Assembly: GCA_963777605.1 (NCBI GenBank)
Contig: CAVZRV010000011.1
Location: 160,001 to 224,000, forward strand
Direction: 5' to 3'
From: an uncultured Acidobacteriota bacterium
GTDB lineage: Bacteria; Acidobacteriota; UBA6911; RPQK01; JAPXNP01
Length of the DNA: 64,000 nt
Numbering within the stretch: position 1 is the first letter of the stretch; each line of letters opens with the position of its first letter. The position numbers were made by a program, and so were the translations under genes. The notes below the pieces were generated by a model, which was not told where the DNA came from, did not search any database, and was given only the letters and a program-made list of their open reading frames with translations. Of the stretch, positions 39,308 through 49,387 are shown one piece after another.

Positions 39308-40384
39308 TTACCCTGCGTTCTGTATGTTTACTTGCTGCCCGGGGCCGACCAAGCGCTGCCCGGTGACAATCAGGAGATCACTGGCATTCAGACCTTGGAG
39401 AACCTGGACTTCAGTCCCTCGGATCATTCCCAGGGTCACTTCCCGCCGCTGGGCCTTCCCCTCCTCCACGACGTAAACCACCCGACCGTTCTCGAGCGGT
39501 ATCACTGCGGAAAGCGGAATCATGACCACATCACTCAACGTGCGACGGGAGATCCGGGAACGAACGATCATCCCGGCGTGGAGAACTCCGCTGGCATTGT
39601 CGAGAGTCAACTCAATCGGTGTGGTGCGTGTCACCGGGTCGGCGATCTCGCTAATGTACGTAACCTTGCCGGCGAAGTTACGTCCACCCAGAGAGTCAAC
39701 CTCAAGCCGGACCGTCATCCGGGGCCGGATGAATCGGATGTCTTTCTCCGGAATCTGAATTTCCACCTTGACCCGATCAACCACCACGATCTGAGCAACC
39801 GTGTCCCCCGATGAGACGAACTCTCCCCGGTCCTTGACCAACTCGTTCACTACCCCGCTGACGGGCGCGCGCACAGTGGTCCGGTCGAGGTTCGTTTCAG
39901 CCACCCTGAGATTGGCGCGGCTCACAATTCTGCGGGCGTCGAGTTCATCGACCTCGCTCTTTCGAACCACACCTTTCTCAAGCAGTTCCGACGATCGCTC
40001 CGCCATGCGCTCGTCGAAGTCGGCCTGAGCTTCAGCCTGATCGAAGAGAGCCCTGAGGAGGGTTCCGTCCAGCTTGAGAATCAGGTCACCCTCCGTTACC
40101 GCCTGTCCCTCCTCAACGAGTACTTCCTCGATCTGCCCCTGTTGCTCTACGGGTACGTCGACGATTTGCCAGGGTTCCACCACGCCGGGCAGGACCAGAA
40201 GATCGGACATTTCACTGACCGGCCGCACCTCCATGACTTCGACGTCGGCAACAACGACTTCCTCCGGAGGCAGATCCTTTTCCGGGGTCGGCATTCGGGC
40301 AATCAGGAACACGACTACCCCGGCCACCGACACGACGAACAGAGACACGAATAGCTTGAAAAAGCGGGATCGGTTCGCAGCCAT
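39308..40384 (-). CDS. RND periplasmic adaptor (MFP)
   Basis: N-terminal anchor, VEEGQAVTEGD lipoyl half, VRAPVSG, IPLSAV, GLNASD. Confidence 0.92.
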   Translation of the reverse strand: MAANRSRFFKLFVSLFVVSVAGVVVFLIARMPTPEKDLPPEEVVVADVEVMEVRPVSEMSDLLVLPGVVEPWQIVDVPVEQQGQIEEVLVEEGQAVTEGDLILKLDGTLLRALFDQAEAQADFDERMAERSSELLEKGVVRKSEVDELDARRIVSRANLRVAETNLDRTTVRAPVSGVVNELVKDRGEFVSSGDTVAQIVVVDRVKVEIQIPEKDIRFIRPRMTVRLEVDSLGGRNFAGKVTYISEIADPVTRTTPIELTLDNASGVLHAGMIVRSRISRRTLSDVVMIPLSAVIPLENGRVVYVVEEGKAQRREVTLGMIRGTEVQVLQGLNASDLLIVTGQRLVGPGQQVNIQNAG

Positions 40385-40427
40385 AGCATTCCTCTCTCAT
40401 TCATCAACGAGTGAGCATGCGCATAAG

Positions 40428-40444
40428 TTGCACGAATCAGGCCA
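40428..40444 (-). promoter_or_regulatory. candidate sigma54 promoter of the MFP-RND operon
   Basis: Minus strand TGGCCTGATTCGTGCAA with GG-N10-GC spacing, about 45 bp upstream of the MFP ATG. Confidence 0.5.
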
Positions 40445-40778
40445 AACAAGCCTGAATAGGGGGTAATGAATGCAAGATCCAGTTCTTTTGCAGCTCCCGG
40501 CTCAGGCTCAACACGCCTGCCGGCACGGATCACGACCAGCTAATTGAGAACCCGGGCCATCTAGCAGGGGGAATGGGTTAAATCACTCAGGCTCCCCAAA
40601 CCAAACCCGGCTCCTTTCGGTGATTCGCTTCAGGAACCGCCAAAGTCCTTTTCTTCCGAAAACGGTGATGCTACCATGACTTCACCCCATTGTGCCGGAG
40701 TTCGCCATGGTACCTGTGAACCGTAGCGTCTTCTCTCTTCTCCGGCGAAGTCTGTCTTACTCAAGAAGGAGGTTACCG

Positions 40779-41819
40779 ATGGCCTTCGTGCGTAAGTTTT
40801 CCTGGGCGTTATTTATCCTCCCCGTACTGGTCGGATGCGGTCCCGGCACAGACCAGCAGATGTCCGCTGCCCTCGACCAGGGCGATGAGACGATGGTCGC
40901 CACGCTTCTCGAAAATGGAGCGAATCCCAACCTGAAACTGGCCAGTGGATCGACAATCCTGATGTTCGCCTCCGAAAAGGGCAGGGCCTCCGCGGTTAAT
41001 AGCCTGCTTGCCAAAGGAGCGAATGTCGATTCCAAAGATCTCTTGGGGGAGACGGCACTCCTCCTGGCGGCCGGCAACGGGCACACCGATATCGTCAAGA
41101 CCCTCATCGAGGCCGGGGGGACCGTTGACATCCAGGATGTCGATGGTAAGACACCCTTGATTCGGGCCGCCGAAAACGGCCATACCGAAACAGTGAAGGC
41201 CCTCCTTGACGCCGGTGCCAAGCTGGAGCAGTCGGACAATTCGTCCCAGACCGCCATGATCCACGCCGCGGTGGCTGGACACCTCCCGGTTGTCCAACTC
41301 CTCGTTGACGCCGGTTCGGATGTCAATTCAAAGAACTTCGAAGACTGCACCGCCTTGATTCTCGCCAGCGCCAACGGGAAGGCGGACGTCGCCCGGCTTC
41401 TTCTGGAGCGCGGTGCCAGCGTGAACGCGGTTGGAAAGGACGGCTGCACCGCACTGATGAGGTCAGCCGAAAAGGGGTTTGCGGATGTCGTTCGGGTCCT
41501 TCTCGAAAACAAGGCCGCCGTCAACACCAAAGACAGCATGGATCGTACCCCCCTGATGCGCGCTTCTGAACAGGGCCACAGCGATGTCGTACAACTCCTC
41601 ATCGACAACAAAGCCGAGGTAAATGCCGTTGATAAATCGATGCAGACTGCACTTCTGTGGGCGGCACTGAGGGGGAACACCGAGGCTGTCCAACTCCTCA
41701 TCAAGCACCGTGGCGACGTCAATGCGGAAGACGCCAACGGGTGGACGCCGCTGAGGTGGGCGGAGAACAATGGTCATACCGAAACCGTAGCCCTGCTGAA
41801 GGAATCGGGTGCGCACTAG
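40779..41819 (+). CDS. ankyrin-repeat lipoprotein (about 10 repeats)
   Basis: SD AAGGAGG, lipobox LVGC, 33-aa repeats GxT(P/A)LxxAxxxGHxxxVxxLLxxG. Confidence 0.92.
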   Translation: MAFVRKFSWALFILPVLVGCGPGTDQQMSAALDQGDETMVATLLENGANPNLKLASGSTILMFASEKGRASAVNSLLAKGANVDSKDLLGETALLLAAGNGHTDIVKTLIEAGGTVDIQDVDGKTPLIRAAENGHTETVKALLDAGAKLEQSDNSSQTAMIHAAVAGHLPVVQLLVDAGSDVNSKNFEDCTALILASANGKADVARLLLERGASVNAVGKDGCTALMRSAEKGFADVVRVLLENKAAVNTKDSMDRTPLMRASEQGHSDVVQLLIDNKAEVNAVDKSMQTALLWAALRGNTEAVQLLIKHRGDVNAEDANGWTPLRWAENNGHTETVALLKESGAH

Positions 41820-41904
41820 TGCTCCGGTCCCGACATCGGCCGAGAGGCGTGTACCCTCTCGAATCGGGCTATGCAAATTAACCGCCGCCCGCTACAGTTC
41901 CAGG

Positions 41905-43315
41905 ATGAACCAATCGATGCGCGTGCGCGAAGTCCAATTCTTCGAGAGGCCCATCCGGCTTCGACTCCCATTCCGATTCGGAATCATCACGCTGACTGAG
42001 GAACCTCAGATCTTCGTCAGAACACTGGTTGAATTCGGAGACGGATCCCGGGTCTGGGGGCAAGCCGCAGAGGCACTGGCCCCCAAGTGGTTCGACAAAG
42101 ATCCCAGCCGTTCCAACGAGCAGAACTTCACTGATCTGCGCAGTTCCCTGACTACGGCGGCATCACATGTACCTCCTTTCGGGGACCCGGAGAACCGCCT
42201 ATTCTCTCTTCGCTGACAACTACGAGAATCAGTTGAGCGGAACCACCAAGCAGGGTCTCAATCACCTCGTTGGCAGTTTCGGGCAGGCGCTTCTGGATCG
42301 CTGCGTAATCGACGCCGTGTGCCGTTTTCATGAGGCTTCATTCGCAGAAGCCGTCCGTTCCAATCTCCTGGGCGTTTATTCCCTTGCCGTGACGCCGGAA
42401 CTGGCGAACTTTGACCTGAACGGCTTTCTCGCATCACTCAAGCCCCTGGACAGCATCTACGCACGCCACACCGTAGGCCTCGTCGATCCGATTACGGCAT
42501 TGGATCAGGAGCACCGAGTCAATGACGGCCTCCCGGAGACCCTGGAAGAAGTGATCGGGTTTTACGGGCATTCCTATTTCAAGATCAAGGTGCAGGGTGA
42601 TCTCGAACTCGACCTCGCTCGACTGGGGGCTATTACAGCGGTTCTCGACGGACTTCCTCAGCCTTACTTCGTTACCCTGGACGGCAACGAGCAATTCGAG
42701 GACGTGGATGAGATTCTCGAACTCTGGCGTCGCCTGCGGGAAGATCCCCGATTCCAGCGCTTCGTGAGTTCAATCCTCCTGATCGAACAGCCCATCAAGA
42801 GAAGCAGGGCAATGCAGGACGTCTCGCGCTTGAGCAGCCAGTGCCCGATAATCATCGACGAATCTGATTCCGACCTGGATGCGTTTGCGACCGCGCGCGT
42901 CTTCGGGTACTCGGGCGTATCGAGCAAACAGTGCAAGGGCGTGTACAGATCGATTCTGAACGCTGCCCGCTGCCGCGCGTGGTTGAGTTCGGAACCGTCC
43001 AGGCGATGGGTGATGACCGGAGAGGACCTGACCATCCAGGGAGGAGTCGCGCTGCAACAGGACCTCGCCCTGGCGGCGACGCTGGGATTGACGCACATCG
43101 AACGCAACGGGCATCACTACGTTCGGGGTATGAACGGGGCCTCCAGAAACGAGCAGAAAGCATTTCTCAAAGCCCATCCGGACCTCTATGTTTCGGAGGA
43201 GGACTGGGTCCGAGTGAAAATCGAAAAGGGCAGAATGCAACTCGGCTCTCTCAACTGCCACGGACTCGGGACCCGTGAAGAGCCAGACTGGGGTGCCATG
43301 GTCCGGCTCCGTTGA
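41905..43315 (+). CDS. enolase/mandelate-racemase superfamily protein (+1 frame break near 42160-42167)
   Basis: N-terminal RLPFRFG and APKWFDK; barrel FKIKV, LDGNEQ, IEQP, IDES, SSKQCKG, GEDL, ERNGHHY. Confidence 0.8.
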
Positions 43316-43454
43316 TCTGACGGGCGCCGGCTGCGGGCATCGAGATCCCTCGGCCGTCTTTATTCATGCGACGGCTATTGATTCCTCACTGGACAGGTGC
43401 TACAAATGCGCTAACTACTTACGTTCCAGCGAGAGCGAACACCGGGGAGGGTCA

Positions 43455-46400
43455 ATGAAACGGCCAACGTCCATCGCAGGTTTGTGGAGTCTGCTAATCA
43501 CCATCCTTTTTCTTTCCCCGATTGTATATCCGTCGTCGAAACTGATCTTTCCTCGCTTCTCTTTCGACAACGGAACCTACACAGGCCTGGCAATTGCGAA
43601 CCTGGGGACTCAATCGGCCCGGGTGACCCTGACCGCTTACGGAACCGACGGGTCCGTGATGTCGGGGACGGCATTCCAGAATCCGGTTGAAATCGACATC
43701 CCGGCCAACCAGCAACTTGCCAAGCTGATTTCAGAGATCTTTCAAGGCACACTGCCGGCAAGTTCCGTGGGATGGGTCGAACTGACCAGCCCGGCCGACT
43801 CGATCACCGGCTTCTTCCTTTTTCTGAACGGCCAACTCACTCAACTCGACGGGGCCGATCTCCCGGTTTCAGCGGGTGAAATCGTTTTCAACCTGATCAA
43901 GGTCGGTGACGGCTACCATACCGAACTGAACTTCATTAACCCGAGCCCCACGGAAATCAAAGTCGGTCTGTCTCTGGTCCAGCCGGAACAGGGAACGACC
44001 GCCAAGGAAATTACCCTTTCCGCACGAGCGGTCAGCCGAATCGATGCCGCTTCATTGTTCGGACTTACGACAGTCGACACCGGCACCTATCTGAAGGCTG
44101 CCGCCACATCCGGAAGCGTAGCGGGTTTCGAGTTCGTCCGCTCCGATTCCGGAGACCTGCTGGGTCTCAACGCAAAAGACGTCGAGGAAACGCTCGATTC
44201 GATCATTTTTCCTCAACTGGTCGCCTCCGGCCCCTGGAAGAGTGAACTGGGACTGATCAACTACACGGATTCACCGACACTCGTGACAATCACTGCGCAC
44301 CGGTCGGACGGGAGCCTGTTCGGATCGGACGTGCTCCAATCGAATCCCGTAACACGTGGACTGGAAGCCGGCGAAAGCGTCGTCCTGGACCTTCAGGAGA
44401 TCTTCGGCTTCTCGGGAACTTCGGCCATTGACGGGTGGCTGCAGGTCGAGGCAACCGATTCGGCCGTCAACGGTTATGTCAGCTACGGGATCCCCAGCGT
44501 CGGCTCGCTGGCCGCCATCGCCAGTGTCAAGGAAGCCTCCAAAGCAGCCGTTTTCTCCCACATGGCGACCGCGTCAGGCTTCTTCACCGGGGTTGCTCTT
44601 CTCAACCCGACGACGCTGCGGGCGAACACGAGAATCGTCGCGATGACGCCCGAGGGAGAGATCCTGGGAAGTTACGACACTGTCCTTCAACCCGGAGAGA
44701 GAGTGAGCAAACTCATCAACGAGTTGATCGGGGAAACCGCCAACAGGAGCAACGGGTTTGTCTGGATTCACAGTGACCTGCCTCTCTACAGCAGCTCATT
44801 GTTCGGTGCTGCCAAGGTACTGGCCAATGTTCCGGCCCAGGAGGCCCCGGGTGAATACAAGCCGGACACCAACCTGCCCACTCTCCTCGTGAAGCCGCCC
44901 ATCGCAGTCGTCCAGCCCGGCAGCACCCATACATTTTCGGTGCAGGGGGCACCGGGGACCGTAGCCTGGTCCGTGAATGGGTTGCCGGGAGGAGGAAGCG
45001 ACGTAGGGACGATCGATGGGTCCGGAAGTTATACCGCACCCTCGGACCGGCCGCAGCCGTCCTACATAACAGTAACTGCAGAATCGACCAATTTGCGGGG
45101 AGGTGCAACCGTCGACCTTCTCAAGGCGGACGAGCTCCTTTCCGGGCTGGGTGTCCTGCAATCCATCGTCTACCTTCACTCTCTGAAACAACTGTACGAG
45201 GTGGAGTTGAATTCGCTCTCCGCCCTCGATCGAGGCGCCGCTCCGGCGTCCGAGACCCAGGCGGACAGCCAGAGCGAACTGTTCCAGGTTGCTCCCCCTT
45301 CGGTCAAGACGTCTGTTCGGACCTTCTCCGACAACATAGTCAAGATGCTCTCTTACACGGCATCGGACGGGAAAGAGTATGTCCTGATGCTCGGGAAGGA
45401 CTCCGGCGACCTGGTCCGGCTCGAACCAGAAACCCGTCAAACCCGCATTGTCTACACGGGCCTCAATAGCCCGACTTCGATGGCACTCGACGAAACGACC
45501 GGCAACGTTCTCGTTGCCGAAGCCGACCGGATCACCGAGGTCGCCAAGTCGTTTCTCGAATCAGGCTTGATTTCCGCCTCCGCCCGGACCGGCCCGGGAC
45601 AGGGTGGAGTCGACAACTCGACAGTCCTGCCATCGGAAGGAGTGACGGGAATCGAGGTGGATCTTTGTACCGGCGAGATCTACTACTCGGTCGCGGACGA
45701 AGGGACCATTTACGCCTATAACCGGTTCACCGGGGAGACCACCGTTCTGGCTTCGGGGTTGTCCGACCCGGGGCAACTGCTGGTGGTCTACCGGGATGAT
45801 GTTCCCTGCCCCGACAGCAGCCAGTTGTTGGTGGCGGAACCGGGTGCCGACAGAATCTCACTGGTGGCACCCTCGCTCAATGCCCTGATTTCCTGGGTCT
45901 CTGCCCCGGGCGTCCGTGACCTCGTTTATCTCCCCCCGGACAACCCGTTCAACCTTAAGACGAGCATCGCGTATGGTCTCTACTTCGACCTGTCAGGTTC
46001 GATTGGAATCGTCGATGTCGGTGATCAGTACGGGGATCCTCCGCCGGTCGAAGAACAGCCCGCCTGTCCCGGTGAAGTCACATTTGACGATCCCAACCTG
46101 GAAGCAGGAGTGAGACAAGCCCTCGGCCTGCAGGCCGATGAGCCGATCACTTGCGAACTGGCGGCTTCTATGACGCAACTTCACGTTCCATCAAGGGAAA
46201 TTTCCCGACTCGATGGGATCCGCTTCCTCGAGAATCTCGAGGTCCTGGACATCAGCCGGAACCTGATTCGAAATCTCGCTCCAATCGGTGCGCTGGCAAA
46301 GCTCCAGACGTTGAATGCATCTTACAACCTGGTTGAATCTCCCGGTCTGTCAGCCAACCTGGTCGAACTTTCCGATCTGGACCTCTCGCACAACCTGATC

Positions 46401-49149
46401 ACTGATCTCGATACTCTCGTAAACCTCGAGGTGGGCACTGCCGGAGTGGGGTTCGGTCGTTCCGCCCGCTTCCAGGGAATCCTGCCCTCCCTCATTATTC
46501 TGGACCTCTCCTTCAACCAGATCTTCGATCTCGGGCCACTCTCCACCCTCCTCTCCCTGCAGGATCTGGACCTTTCGGCGAATTTCACCATCACCAACAT
46601 CAACGCCCTCTCGGGCCTCGTCAACCTGCACACACTCCGTCTATTTCAGAACTCCATTTCCGAGATCGATGCGGTTTCCCACCTGACTGCGCTGGTCCTT
46701 CTCGACCTCTCCTCGAACCAGGTCACCGAACTGCATCCGCTTCTGGAGAACCTGGGGCTCGGAGAGGGAGACGTATTGCTGCTTCAGTCCAACCCGGTCA
46801 GCCTCAGTTCCTGCGACGTCATAGCTGAACTCGAGCAGCGTGGAGTCACCATCGACATCAAGGGAATCTGTGCCGTTGATCTCGACTTGAGCTTCACGGC
46901 GCAGCCGAGTGTAGCGCGTCAGGAAGACCTGCTTCTGTACACGGCCCGCATCTGGAACAAGGGGACGGAAGCGGCTCAGGGAGTTACGCTGGACATCGAT
47001 TACCCAACGGCTACCACCTTTCGTTCGGTCCGTGCTGACCGGGGAACCTGCCAGCGGGAACTCAGCCATATCACCTGTACCTGGGATTCGCTGGGTCCGG
47101 GTAGCATCATCTTCACCAACCTCCGTGTCGAAGTTCAGTCCCGAAGCGGCATTCTGGAGTCGAAAGCCTATACCGAAGCAGTCCAGGCCGAGTTGAACAT
47201 GGACAATAACGAAGCGCTGGTGACGACGCCAATTGCCGAAGCCGATCTCCAGGTTACCAAGACCATCTCTGAGGACCCGGTCACCGCAGGAAGTTACGTT
47301 ACTTATACTGTGGAGGTTCAAAACCTGGGACCTGAGCGTGCAACGGACGTCACCCTCACCGACAAGCTGCCGTCCGATTTCGGCTATGAGACCTTCTCGA
47401 CCACTTCGGGAAATTGCTCCTACGAAGAGGGAGTGGGATCCATCGTCTGTGCGATTCCGGACATTGCGGCGAATTCGACCGTCACTCTGAGTATCGAGGG
47501 AACCGTCTATGCCACTTCGGGGACCATCACCAACAGCGCATCGGTGAACTTGCGGGAGTTCGATCCCGATCCTCTCAACAATCGGGCGCACTCTACCGTC
47601 CAGGTGACGGCACCTGATCTCGTCGTCACCAAGACCGATTCCGTCGATCCGGTCACCACCGGCGGGGACCTGACCTACACCGTAATCGTGACCAACGCCG
47701 GTAATGTTGCCGCAACCAACCTGGTGATCTCCGATAATCTTCCCGCCGGGGTCAATTTTGTTTCCGCATCACTGCCTGGCGGGACGTGCACGCCATTGAA
47801 CCTCCAACTCGAGTGCACGCCTTCCCTCTCTCGCTCCGGGAGCCAACGCCGTACTGACGATCAACACGCTGGTCGTCGCAACCGCGGGGACTCTGACCAA
47901 CACGGTGACGGCTAACGAGGATGAGATCGATGGCAACAGTTCCGACAATACGGCCACCCAGAACACAACCGTCGCGCAGACCGACCTGGCCGTGACCAAG
48001 ACCGCGAGCCTGGAACCGGCTATCACCGGCGCCGACCTCGATTACCAGATCCAGGTCACGAACAACGGACCTCACGCCGCAACGGGTGTGGTGCTGTCCG
48101 ACCAGTTGCCGGCCGGAGTCACCTACCAGGGCGCATCGATCGGCTCCTGCTCCGAGATCAGTGGATTCGTTCAATGCGCGATCGGCAGCCTGGCCTCGGG
48201 TCAGTCTGGATCAGTAACACTTACGGTCCGAGTCAACACTCTACAGCCAACCATCACGAACACCGCGTCGGTAACCGGAGACCAGTCTGATCCAGTCACC
48301 GGAAACAATGCGGCCTCAGTCAACTCGACTGTTACCCAGGTTGCAAATCTGGCGATATCGAAGACCGGGACGCTGAGTATCGTCAGGACGAGTGACGATC
48401 TCGATTTCAGCATCGCGATTACCAACAACGGGCCGAGTGATGCAACCGGCGTTGTCATGAGTGACACGCTCTCGTCCGACCTGATCTATGACGACGTGAA
48501 TTTTCCCGCGACGGTCTCCCCGGTCGGAACCGGAACGTGCGGGTATGATGGGCAACTGGGAGAGATTCAGTGTGCTTTCCCATCAATCCCGAGCGGAGCG
48601 ACTCGAACCGTGACGATTCCCGTCCACGTAAATCCCGAGCCTAGCGGAGCGCTGACGATCCCGAACACTGCGACCGTCGCAGGAAACGAGACCGATCCCG
48701 ATGCGTCTGACAATTCCTCCAGCTTTCCGCTGACAATGGCACAGGCGGATCTTGGAATCTCTTTCTCCAGTTTTCCGGATCCCGGCGTCCCAGTACCGGC
48801 GGATGTCGAATTCAATTATGTTCTCGACGTTCAGAACAATGGACCTCACGCTGCACAACTTCCAAGGTTCTACATCGGCCTCTCCCCGGTCGCGACGGGT
48901 TACTACACGATTGGGACTCCCGCCGTCGTGCCAGGCTTGATTCAGGGCTCATGCACACCGAACATATCGTGGGCCACGTGTGATCTGGATGAAATCCCGT
49001 CCGGGGCATCAGTACAGATCACAGTGCCTGTCACAGTTCATGTTGGCCCTGTCACCGTGGACGCATCCGCGAGCATCAATTCGCGGGAGTTTGACCTCAA
49101 TTCAGATAATGACTCCGACGCCGTTCAGACCTCAGTCACTATTAACTGA
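43455..49149 (+). CDS. ~1900-aa secreted multidomain surface protein (4 beta-sandwich repeats, Ig, beta-propeller, internalin-type LRR, 6 DUF11 repeats; +1 frame break at ~47820)
   Basis: SD GGGGAGG and signal peptide; LxxLDLSxNxI repeats; DLxVTK...YTxxVxNxGP repeats. DUF11 repeat 3 reads through perfectly (ECT-LPSLAPGANAVLTI) if one C is removed at 47820. Confidence 0.85.
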
Positions 49150-49188
49150 GCTCCGATCGGGCCGAGGTTCAGCAAAAAGATCCAACCG

Positions 49189-49217
49189 GCGCCGGGTCTG
49201 ACTCCAGGACCCGGCGC
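49189..49217. terminator. GC-rich hairpin after the surface-protein gene
   Basis: GCGCCGGGTC / GACCCGGCGC perfect 10-bp stem. There is no U-tract, so a terminator role is uncertain. Confidence 0.4.
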
Positions 49218-49249
49218 ACCACTCCTCAAACCGCTCGTTCGATTTTCTA

Positions 49250-49302
49250 GTGACACCGCCGGAAAAATTCGGGTACAATTCCAAATTGAAAATGATTTTC
49301 AA
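49250..49302 (+). promoter_or_regulatory. sigma70 promoter with Fur box upstream of feoB
   Basis: GTGACA (49250) -18 bp- TACAAT (49274), then the perfect 8-1-8 palindrome TTGAAAAT-G-ATTTTCAA at 49286-49302. Confidence 0.85.
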
Positions 49303-49387
49303 CATCACGCAGATCGGGATTGAATGCTGATGGAAGCAACCTCGAAGACGGCCCTCTTTGAACGCGACTCCGAACTTGTTGTATTGC

